Shown: piece by piece, positions 38,771-46,819 of the stretch | Layout of the letters: every line of letters starts with the position of its first letter | Position numbering within the stretch: the first letter of the stretch is position 1 | Assembly (NCBI GenBank): GCA_965203315.1 | Contig: CBDBCE010000006.1 | Coordinates: forward strand, 1-53,622 | DNA length: 53,622 bases | Direction: 5' to 3' | Origin: Nitrosopumilus sp. | Lineage (GTDB): Archaea; Thermoproteota; Nitrososphaeria; Nitrososphaerales; Nitrosopumilaceae | Notes under the pieces: model-generated | Database searches by the model: none | Seen by the model: only the letters and a program-made list of their open reading frames with translations | Told to the model about the DNA's origin: nothing | Translations under genes and position numbers: made by a program

Positions 38771-38992
38771 ATGGTCAAAAAAAATGTCTTCAATGTCAAA
38801 CTTTCTCTAGTGAGTATGCTCAAAGTCTTCATATCTACCACATTGGGACCCTTTGTGGGTGCGAAAATAATGTTGGATTCTTCTTTTGCAGATGCATTCA
38901 TAGTAGCAATATTCTCGGGATTAATCATGTCTGGACTTCAGTTCGCCAATGCCTTGAATCGATATGAGAGGGATTTAGCCAATGGACGTTAA
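38771..38992 (+). CDS. Small two-TM membrane protein (holin-like)
   Basis: Two hydrophobic segments and a charged C-terminus. Confidence 0.5.
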   Translation: MVKKNVFNVKLSLVSMLKVFISTTLGPFVGAKIMLDSSFADAFIVAIFSGLIMSGLQFANALNRYERDLANGR

Positions 38993-39111
38993 AAAGATTT
39001 TAAGAGTTTTGGGCGACTTTGCCCCCTTTAGTTGTGATCTAGATGAAAAGTGTCGTTATATCAAAGAAGTAGATGAAGATTAGTTGTTATTAAGAACCAT
39101 GTTCTAGAGTA

Positions 39112-39177
39112 GTTGGTTTTACCAGACCGAAGTATTTTCCCATGCTTCGGTGTGAGGCGTTATGACCCTCACACCAT
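39112..39177 (+). ncRNA. Candidate structured small RNA 1
   Basis: ACCGAAGTA/TGCTTCGGT and GTGAGG/CCTCAC hairpins, TGGT/ACCA closing, ends in ACCA; TTATTAA box upstream. Confidence 0.5.
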
Positions 39178-39209
39178 TTATATTATAATATGAATCAGCA
39201 ATAACATAA

Positions 39210-39291
39210 GCGGAGTTTGTCGGTAGCTCGTCAAAAAACCGTCTCTAGCAAACTGCGAAGTGGACACAGCCCCTCGCTCTGTCCACTCCGT
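39210..39291 (+). ncRNA. Candidate structured small RNA 2
   Basis: GCGGAGT/ACTCCGT closing stem, AGTTTG/CAAACT, CGGT/ACCG and GTGGACA..AGC/GCT..TGTCCAC stems; TATA element upstream. Confidence 0.5.
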
Positions 39292-39319
39292 TTATATAAA
39301 ACGAATTGTGTAGACCAGT

Positions 39320-39433
39320 ATGGAACTCGATACTGTAAAAACAAAATGGACTGACAGAGATGCTGACATAGTGGTTCAATATCTGATGGACAAGAAATTA
39401 GGATTGGAATCAGAAGACGAACTCTCTCAATAA
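39320..39433 (+). CDS. 37-aa micro-protein
   Basis: MELDTVKTKWTDRDADIVVQYLMDKKLGLESEDELSQ; TTTATATA box at 39291. Confidence 0.55.
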   Translation: MELDTVKTKWTDRDADIVVQYLMDKKLGLESEDELSQ

Positions 39434-39466
39434 CCTTCATTTATATTATGATTCTCTCTAGGTATA

Positions 39467-39553
39467 ATGGGCGTTGAAAACTACGGTTTTCTCCATACGG
39501 TGCTAGAGGGGACACTTGAAACCATATCCACTCCCTTTAGTATCCTTTATTAA
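39467..39553 (+). ncRNA. Candidate structured small RNA 3 (also an open 28-codon frame)
   Basis: GAAAAC-TACG-GTTTTC (cUACGg tetraloop) and a 13-bp G-U-rich stem 39499-39511/39532-39544; TATA at ~39440. Confidence 0.45.
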
Positions 39554-39574
39554 TGACTAAAATGTAAAACATAC

Positions 39575-40354
39575 ATGCTTAGTAAGTCGATGATGATCAC
39601 ATTGACACCAATGGTTACGGCTATAGCAGGAATGATTGCTCAATCTAGTCCACAATTTGCCTGGATCACTCCAGAGATGATTTTCTCACTTCTAGCCATG
39701 TTTGGGATTAGTGCTGGTGTCGGGGCAAAAGTAAAGAATGATAAAAGAAAACAAGAGATCGAATTAAAGAAAGTCGAGGTCGAAAAAGAAAAGGTAGCGA
39801 TTGAACGAGTTGAAAAGATAGGGGGAGTTACTGTTCACGACACCAAAGTATATTCAAAACCACCAAAACCAGAACACTACACTATGGATATGACACACAT
39901 GAGACCAGAGGAATTTGCCAAACTAACAGAATTACAAAAGGACGACTTTGTAAATCGAGGTGGCGTTGTAAATCCATTTTTGAAAGAAACCGAAGGCATA
40001 CAATGGAATAATGCAGGTTGGTTCGATACTAACTTAAACCAGTATGAAGGGAAGGGAGCATTCCACCCGTATGGCAGAAAATACCTATGGATTAGGTGTA
40101 AAGGTGCAAAGGACGGCATTACAGTCAGAATGAGTAAACTACATGATGATACAGGTGAGTTCAAGAAACTATTACAAATAGATCAATCTGGAATACATGA
40201 TGAAGACAACGACATAGAAACCACTCGACTAGAGATGTTTGGACTAGACAGAAAGACCCCCATGAAGAGAGGCAAGTATAGAATGATAATAACCGCCATG
40301 ACACGTGGCACATCATATACGCAGAGTGCGACTACGAGTTTTGAGATAATTTGA
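39575..40354 (+). CDS. Membrane protein: two N-terminal TM helices, coiled coil, C-terminal beta-sandwich
   Basis: Hydrophobic N-terminus; GKYRMIITA...SFEII Ig-like end; possible lysis/egress role (inference). Confidence 0.6.
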   Translation: MLSKSMMITLTPMVTAIAGMIAQSSPQFAWITPEMIFSLLAMFGISAGVGAKVKNDKRKQEIELKKVEVEKEKVAIERVEKIGGVTVHDTKVYSKPPKPEHYTMDMTHMRPEEFAKLTELQKDDFVNRGGVVNPFLKETEGIQWNNAGWFDTNLNQYEGKGAFHPYGRKYLWIRCKGAKDGITVRMSKLHDDTGEFKKLLQIDQSGIHDEDNDIETTRLEMFGLDRKTPMKRGKYRMIITAMTRGTSYTQSATTSFEII

Positions 40355-40674
40355 AGAAACTGGTTAAAGTGCCATACTATGATAAAGATGGCGATGTGCA
40401 GTTTGAGGAGCGTCTAGTACGAGAGATTGCTTGTATCAGAGACAGTTGTCCATGTCATCAATGTAAAGAGCATAGAGATAGGGTGTTGTTATGAATGAAA
40501 TAGAAACTCTAAATATAAGAGAATTAATCAAATATTATGACAAGAGGACAAAATGGCGGAAATTAAAATAAAGTGTCCAGACCCAGAAATCACTTCCAAA
40601 ATCATCGGACTGGTAAGTAAAATTATTATAGAGACACATAGTACGTCACAGATAGATATGAGCGTGGTAAAGTA

Positions 40675-41346
40675 ATGGTCTATCAGAAAGGAGTTATACA
40701 AGAATTTAAAGATAAGCCATGTCTCAACTGCGGTAATAACATGCAAGTGAAAAGTGGGCGTCAGAAATATTGTACAGATTGTCGAAGCATTATGATAAAA
40801 CAGCATAAGCAAACTCCAGAGTTCAGAGCCAGAGACAAAATATACAAACAAAAACACTATGCAAATCCCATCAATAGACAAAAAAAGAGAGATCACGATA
40901 GAGAATATCAACAAATCCCAGAGATCAAAGAACGAATCAAACTATACAAAAAAGCATGGGGTTCAGACCCTGCAAATATACCAAAAATCAGAGAATCCCA
41001 AAAACGATTCAGAGATCGTCCCGAAAACAAAGAGAAGGCTAGTAAATATCAAAGAGGTCGTAGAGAAGAGTTGTTATCTAACGCACATAAGGTAATCGCC
41101 AAAGCACACAACTATCCCATTCAATGTATGCACTGTGATAGTACAAAAAACATATACATAGATCACATCAATGAAGATGGTGAGGAAGAACGAGAAATGA
41201 TGAATCAGAATCTATATAAAATATATCGAAAAATACCAGAGTTGAGTGAATCAGAAATACGCAACAACTATCAACTACTTTGTTGTGCATGTAATCTTAG
41301 AAAAGCACGAGAACATAAAGAGTGTTTGAAGGCGGTGTGTAGATAA
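40675..41346 (+). CDS. HNH-like endonuclease with N-terminal Zn-ribbon
   Basis: CLNCG..KYCTDC; CMHC...IDHINEDG...YQLLCCACN. Confidence 0.8.
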   Translation: MVYQKGVIQEFKDKPCLNCGNNMQVKSGRQKYCTDCRSIMIKQHKQTPEFRARDKIYKQKHYANPINRQKKRDHDREYQQIPEIKERIKLYKKAWGSDPANIPKIRESQKRFRDRPENKEKASKYQRGRREELLSNAHKVIAKAHNYPIQCMHCDSTKNIYIDHINEDGEEEREMMNQNLYKIYRKIPELSESEIRNNYQLLCCACNLRKAREHKECLKAVCR

Positions 41347-41658
41347 TGTGTGTGAATCGTGATGATCGTGAAGAGATATATGTTCTAGGTCTTCGTGCCA
41401 TTCGAGACATCACTCAAGCACTCAACTATGTCAATCTGTACAAGGACTATGATGCCAATACCAACTTTGACGAGGCGAAACTCAACCTTTTTAAATGCAT
41501 AGACGAGTTCAAAAAGTATGAGTGATAAGATCTCTAAAGAGCTCCGACAGGCGTGTATCGACCTGCTACAAGCTGATAATGCTCGAACCAATCGATCTTA
41601 TAGTCGAGTGATACCCAACCTCAAATCTGCTGTCAAGCACATCAATGAAGCAACCAAA

Positions 41659-42420
41659 CTATACCGACAGCGATAAATCTTTTTCTATCTTGCGAGTGGA
41701 TTTGGTTCGATTACAATGCCCACACAATACTTGAAGTTCACGAGGATAATCATGTCTAACTAACCAGCGATAAAACTTTTCTCCACCACCAATATGTTCA
41801 CGATCTATGTATCCACCACCATGTATGTGATCCAGCTCTAGAAACCTAATATCCACGAGTCCACAGAAATTACATTTGCCGCCATAATGTTGTATTGCCT
41901 TAACTTTATACAAACTATCCCTAGCATGTCTTCGCAAGAGTTGTCGTTGTGGTACATCGTTCCATGAAGAATTGTGTCTACGCTTACGTTTGTTACAATT
42001 ACTGCATAGTATCTGAATGTCGTCAGGTTTGTTGTTGATTAGATATCGGTAGAGTTGAGATTGCCTTCCATGTACCTTTCTCTGATTCTGTCCGTCATTA
42101 TCTATGTGATCAAACTCCAGGAAGCGTTTATCGGTCAATCCACAATGAACGCATTCATTACCATAATGGTCTAATGCTTGGAGTCTTAGTCGCTCATTTC
42201 GTTCAACTCTAAGTTTGTTGATGTGTGCCTTCTTTACAGGATCGGCTAACCATCTTCTTGCTCTTTCTCTAGCTTTTGTTCTTGATTCCTCTATATTTTT
42301 ATGATAATCAACTCTTGCTCTAATTCTAGCCTTCTCTTTGTTTTCAGGACGTTGATTATACTTTTTTTGGTATGCCTTAAACCACGACTTGCCTTCAGGA
42401 CTACTATTCCATTTACTCAT
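41659..42420 (-). CDS. Tandem double-HNH endonuclease-like protein (paralog of 25469..26182)
   Basis: RFLEFDHIDNDG...NKPDDIQILCSNCN and RFLELDHIHGGG...LQVLCGHCN. Confidence 0.85.
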   Translation of the reverse strand: MSKWNSSPEGKSWFKAYQKKYNQRPENKEKARIRARVDYHKNIEESRTKARERARRWLADPVKKAHINKLRVERNERLRLQALDHYGNECVHCGLTDKRFLEFDHIDNDGQNQRKVHGRQSQLYRYLINNKPDDIQILCSNCNKRKRRHNSSWNDVPQRQLLRRHARDSLYKVKAIQHYGGKCNFCGLVDIRFLELDHIHGGGYIDREHIGGGEKFYRWLVRHDYPRELQVLCGHCNRTKSTRKIEKDLSLSV

Positions 42421-42445
42421 AACATTGCGTAGAAAAGCTTCAATA

Positions 42446-42898
42446 TTACCTTTCCGCTAGTTCTCTCTCGATTTTACGGGTTGCTTGGGTAATATACAAG
42501 TCCCAGTCCCACTTCATTAGTTTCAGATCTGCTTCGTTTAGTATGATATATTGGAGTCCTGCGATGGCATAGGTTTCGTTACGCTTGGCATCTCTACGTT
42601 GAACGCTTGGTTTGGAATGTATAGATCCATCTATTTCCACAATAAATCGAATCTTGTTCTGCTTTAGAACGATAATATCTGGGTGTTGGATTCTGTATGT
42701 TTTGGCTTGAGATTCCGTAATATGTGAGTATATGCCTTCTAGTTCGCCTGTGTTTTTGTCAAAGGTCAAATACATCTGGTGTTTAATGTTGGCAGGATCA
42801 TAGCCCAGAGACTTTAGAATCTGACGGACTTTAACAACCTTGTTTTCGTCTTGTATGGGGGGCAGATACTTATTTGAAATCATTATTTCTTTCCTCAT
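42446..42898 (-). CDS. DUF559/Vsr-like PD-(D/E)xK endonuclease
   Basis: HPDIIV...VEIDGSIH...RDAKRNETY. Confidence 0.75.
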   Translation of the reverse strand: MRKEIMISNKYLPPIQDENKVVKVRQILKSLGYDPANIKHQMYLTFDKNTGELEGIYSHITESQAKTYRIQHPDIIVLKQNKIRFIVEIDGSIHSKPSVQRRDAKRNETYAIAGLQYIILNEADLKLMKWDWDLYITQATRKIERELAER

Positions 42899-43115
42899 AC
42901 GCCTTTCTATATTCCTTTCTTCGAGCTTTTGTTCGTAATTTCATATTACAACATGGACAATGGATTCCTTCCCAATAAATGAACTTTGTACACACACGAC
43001 AGTATTTGCGGTATTCTAGATACTTGAATTGTCCTTTATCTGTTACGGTTTTTTTGTAATCCACGCACTTGCCTTTACATAGAATCATTTTACTCTCGGC
43101 ACATCCTTTCGCCAC
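42870..43115 (-). CDS. Cys-rich Zn-binding protein, Nitrosopumilus-type family
   Basis: CKGKC...RKYCRVC..FI.WEG..CPCC..KLRTK; true start probably MILCKG. Confidence 0.7.
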   Translation of the reverse strand: MAKGCAESKMILCKGKCVDYKKTVTDKGQFKYLEYRKYCRVCTKFIYWEGIHCPCCNMKLRTKARRKEYRKAYEERNNDFK

Positions 43116-43285
43116 TTGCCTCTTTTATTTCTTAATTTGGTACCACAACACGGACACCACATTCCCTCATAGACGATAAAGACCTCGCAAAAAGTACACC
43201 GCTTTCTATTGCCGACGTACTTGTCCTGTACCCAACCTGGTATATGCTTGACATAGTCTTTGCACTTGTTTTTACACGATAACAT
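43085..43285 (-). CDS. Cys-rich Zn-binding protein, paralog of the preceding gene
   Basis: CKNKC...RKRCTFCEVFI.YEG.WCPCCGTKLR. Confidence 0.75.
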   Translation of the reverse strand: MLSCKNKCKDYVKHIPGWVQDKYVGNRKRCTFCEVFIVYEGMWCPCCGTKLRNKRGKWRKDVPRVK

Positions 43286-43365
43286 CTTTCTCAGCTAAAC
43301 ATCTTGGGCAAACCCATACTTTCTTTTGTGAGGTCTCTGCATATACCATATTTCTACCACAACAC

Positions 43366-44284
43366 TTAGGTTTCATAACTATCAATACCTGTGCCTAAAT
43401 TTATCCTTTCCTTGATGAGTTTACAGTATTCAGGGTTTAACTCACAACCGATCCAGTCTCTCTCTAATTTTTGAGCCACCCACGCTGTTGTCCCTGCTCC
43501 CATGAATGGATCCAATACAATATCCCCCTTTTTCGTAGAACATCTGATTATACGTTCAATCATCTTGGGGGGATAGGTGGCATAGTGTCCGCCTTCATAG
43601 GTGCTACTAGCATACTCCCACACATCGCCTGGATTCTTGCCGTTTGCATGATAATAGTTTTTAGATAAATCCTTACATCTTGAGGCATTGACTTTGGCAT
43701 AGTTCCCTTCCTGACGGTATTTCGTGCCTCGTGCCATGTGTTTGTCAGGGGTGCTAAATGGTTCTAGTTGTTTACGGGCTTTGGCTTTGACACTCCTTCG
43801 ATCATTGGAACGATGCTCTACTCTAACATCGTCCAAGTCAAAGTAATACTTTTCAGATTTGGTCATGAAAAATATATGCTCATAGTTGCGGGTGAAACGG
43901 TCTTTGACAGGATCAGGTAAGGCACACAGTTTGCTCCAAATAATATCATTCCGCATGTGCCAACCATCATCAATACAATTAATCATAAATCGTTCTGGCA
44001 CACCGTAGAGGGATTTGCGGAATGATGGACTTTTGGAATAGGTGTCGCCCAGATTAACCCATACAGTTCCGTCTGGTTTCAACACTCGTCTAATCTGTGT
44101 CATTAAATCTCTTAATTTTGATAGATATTCCTGGAATGTTTGTTCCAAGCCAATTTCGGCTGAACCTGCGTCATAGTCTCGTAAGCCAAATTAGATAAGG
44201 TGGACTTGTTACCACGCATTGTATAGTCTCTGATTCGATCTCTTGAATCTTTTCTAAACAATCGCCTTGCAACAATTCCACCAT
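43366..44284 (-). pseudogene. Beta-class N4-C/N6-A DNA methyltransferase interrupted by a net +1 (4-nt) insertion after SPPY
   Basis: ATG at 44284 gives MVELLQGDCLEKIQEIESETIQCVVTSPPY; removing CTAA (44191-44194) restores FGLRDYD..EIGLEQTFQEY and joins the 260-aa ORF with HYATYP and DPFMGAGTT. Confidence 0.85.
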
Positions 44285-44853
44285 TAATCACCACCCCCTT
44301 CAAAATAACTTTCACGGATCTCATTGCCAAAAGAGTCCCAGCCTTGTGCGTGGATTCTGGCAAAGAGCTCTATTCTAGGTTGATCCCCCACCATCTTTAC
44401 TATCTTTTGTCGTATGGCATCGGGTTTTACGCTATGCTCTCTTACTATACTAGAATGTATCTGACTGATGGAATGATTTATCACCTTGAGTCCTTTGCCC
44501 CGCTTACCAATAAGACACACCTCTGCATTGGAACGAGTGTAATGTCCTAGACCGATAAAGTATCCATGCGACTTGTTCTTTTTGATCCATGTAAAACCAT
44601 TGGTTACATACTGAAATCCCCAAGCATTTATCACGTCTAGTCCTTCTTCTAACATGGGAAAGGTACACCACATAAACAACAAAGCATCGTCTTTGGCTAT
44701 TGATTGAACGGGCAAGGCTCGTATATCATGGATCGTCATAACATCATAGTGATTGGCTGCACCTTTGAGTGTGTCTTCATATTCCCAGGGGCAATCAGCG
44801 TATATGATATTATACTTGTTTTTGGGAATTTCTGCAAAGTTAGTATAGATCAT
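44284..44853 (-). CDS. MT-A70 family adenine methyltransferase
   Basis: YNIIYADCPW (DPPW variant), LFMW.T.P.L, WGF.Y, GLGHYTRSNAE, REHSVKPD, RIELFAR. Confidence 0.9.
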   Translation of the reverse strand: MIYTNFAEIPKNKYNIIYADCPWEYEDTLKGAANHYDVMTIHDIRALPVQSIAKDDALLFMWCTFPMLEEGLDVINAWGFQYVTNGFTWIKKNKSHGYFIGLGHYTRSNAEVCLIGKRGKGLKVINHSISQIHSSIVREHSVKPDAIRQKIVKMVGDQPRIELFARIHAQGWDSFGNEIRESYFEGGGD

Positions 44854-45578
44854 GTCATACAATGCCCCTCATCACATGTAGTTTCTTCATCATCATTCCA
44901 TTGATCTAGGTTTTGACTTAATTTGATCGTAACTAATGGAGTTTTAAACATGGGATTTTTAGGATAGTCGTAAGCGTTCATTTCCATCTCTACGGCTTTG
45001 TCAAAGAGGTCTGGATGTGTATATCGTAGTTTCTTCATCTCTTTCTTGCTCTTGAAAGGACAATAGTAGCACCCTGATTTGATTGGTAATTCCCAACCCT
45101 GATCTCTTATGATTTTCTCACAGCCTTCTCTGGTGATTTTATCGTCTAGTAGTGGATAGTTCTTTTTGGCGTATAATACCTCGTGTTTGGGATTAAGGTT
45201 TAGCCTATGACTTTCGTCAATAGCAAACCCAATATCCATAATGGCTGGGTTTTTCTTGGTAGCACCTAGCTGTCGTAGTGCTTTGCGTATTGGATAGACT
45301 TTGAATAGTCTAGTACAGGTTCGAGTCATGCGTAGTGGCACAGTATGGTTCTTTATGGAATACTCTCTTAGCGTATCACCTGACTTGTGCTTTACTGTGA
45401 TCCACTTGAGTTCTTTCTCTTTACAAAACGGCTTGAGATACTTTTCAATATACTCATAGGTTTCAGGAAATTCATCACCTGTATCTGAAAATATCACACA
45501 GTCGTATTCCTTCCAATATTTGATTAGCATTGCAGCTGTATTTACTCCAGCTCCCATTGATAGTACTCTTATACCCAT
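44850..45578 (-). CDS. PAPS-reductase-like (adenine nucleotide alpha hydrolase) protein
   Basis: LSMGAGVNT, FSDTGDE.PETY, CT..FK..PI, KSGCYYCP, C-terminal CDEGHC. Confidence 0.85.
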   Translation of the reverse strand: MGIRVLSMGAGVNTAAMLIKYWKEYDCVIFSDTGDEFPETYEYIEKYLKPFCKEKELKWITVKHKSGDTLREYSIKNHTVPLRMTRTCTRLFKVYPIRKALRQLGATKKNPAIMDIGFAIDESHRLNLNPKHEVLYAKKNYPLLDDKITREGCEKIIRDQGWELPIKSGCYYCPFKSKKEMKKLRYTHPDLFDKAVEMEMNAYDYPKNPMFKTPLVTIKLSQNLDQWNDDEETTCDEGHCMT

Positions 45579-45831
45579 TTATCTAATCCCCTCTTTGCAT
45601 GTTCTATCTGTTCTTGTTCTTGACATTCACAAGTATAACAAACAGATCCTTTTGGAGTTGAATAAAGATGGCAACTACAAGGACATCTCATTCAATATTC
45701 ACCTATCCCATGATTTTTCAGATAAGATGGAACACAATTCTTATGGTAGGGGTGATTTAGTAACCCATCTGTACCTGGATATGAAATTGTCTCATCTTCA
45801 TCTTTGAACCATTTTCTACAACCTAAACATC

Positions 45832-46563
45832 TCATTTAATCACCCCCCCAAATCCCCCTCTCTCATTCCATACTAAACAATAAGATTTGTGTGGACAAAA
45901 ATTACATGCGTAACTCTTATTGGCTGGAAATAATCCCCCTTCTATCTTGAGATCAGTATCAAACATTCTTCTAAAGGCATTCTCTATCATAATTGGATTT
46001 ACGTTTACAGTTACGGCTCTGCCTGTTTGTAGATAAAACAATGTAACTTGGATAGGATATTGTCCATATAATTCGTACACCGCTTTGCAATAGACGGATG
46101 CTTGTAGGTCTCGTGTGAGAGCGTCTTTGGACATGGGAGTTTTACCTGTCTTGTAATCCACTATAATGTATTCGCCTTGATTATTCTGCTCTATTCTGTC
46201 GATTCGTCCCACGATGGGAAGTGTGTTATCCAAACTAAACTCTTTCTCGACTGCTATTATCTTGTTCTTGTTTTTATCGTTCCAAGTGTTGTACTTTTCC
46301 AACATTGCCATTGCTTTTTTGAATAGTGGATAGTCTTGAGATTCATCATCAGTATCTACATGCCAGATTTCTTTTAGTCGTTCTTCTTGTTTGGTGGGAT
46401 CATTGGGATATTCCTCTAATACCTGATGGATCATTATACCTAGTTGCATGGGAATGGTCTCTTTCTCTTCATGTCCATCTACATACTTGTACTTGTACCG
46501 CAAGGGGCATCTGTCGTATATCTGATACTGCGAGGCAGAGCGATGATCAACGTCCACTTTCAA
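45832..46563 (-). CDS. Cas4/RecB-like PD-(D/E)xK exonuclease
   Basis: SASQ..YDRCP, G..IH..LE, GRIDRI, IVDYKTG, Q...Y, C..CP....C. Confidence 0.9.
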   Translation of the reverse strand: MKVDVDHRSASQYQIYDRCPLRYKYKYVDGHEEKETIPMQLGIMIHQVLEEYPNDPTKQEERLKEIWHVDTDDESQDYPLFKKAMAMLEKYNTWNDKNKNKIIAVEKEFSLDNTLPIVGRIDRIEQNNQGEYIIVDYKTGKTPMSKDALTRDLQASVYCKAVYELYGQYPIQVTLFYLQTGRAVTVNVNPIMIENAFRRMFDTDLKIEGGLFPANKSYACNFCPHKSYCLVWNERGGFGGVIK

Positions 46564-46819
46564 GCACCTCGAATGATTTTTGATAGGTATCTAAGAGCAT
46601 TTTGTATCCCTCTGGACTCCAGGTTTTGAGCATGAACACCATACGAACCAGATAAGACATCGTAACTGCCGTCTCAGCTGGATTGCTTTCCATCATTAGT
46701 TTGATTTCGTTAAACTCTGGCGTTTCAGTATCCCCTGATCGTTCCACCATGCCAACTAGGTGTTCGATATTTTCTATAACATAGTTAAACATTGGCATAC
46801 CACCCTGATTTCGGTTCAT
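46547..46819 (-). CDS. Hypothetical protein
   Basis: ORF track; true start probably MFNYV, overlapping the MCM stop. Confidence 0.5.
   Translation of the reverse strand: MNRNQGGMPMFNYVIENIEHLVGMVERSGDTETPEFNEIKLMMESNPAETAVTMSYLVRMVFMLKTWSPEGYKMLLDTYQKSFEVLESGR

Noticed and set aside
39112-39291. Canonical tRNA genes
   Set aside because: No TTCGA T-loop, no GG D-loop and no 7-nt anticodon loop in the proper geometry; kept only as ncRNA candidates
44170-44215. Bulge-helix-bulge intron or IS footprint explaining the MTase insertion
   Set aside because: Four nt is too short for a cis BHB intron and there is no target-site duplication; the mechanism is left open
44112-44363. 83-aa ORF overlapping the MTase junction
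   Set aside because: Third-frame shadow without MTase motifs; the real N-terminus starts at 44284
45832-46563. Cas4 as evidence for a CRISPR-Cas system
   Set aside because: Stand-alone Cas4/RecB-like nucleases are common in archaeal viruses; no cas1/cas2 or array
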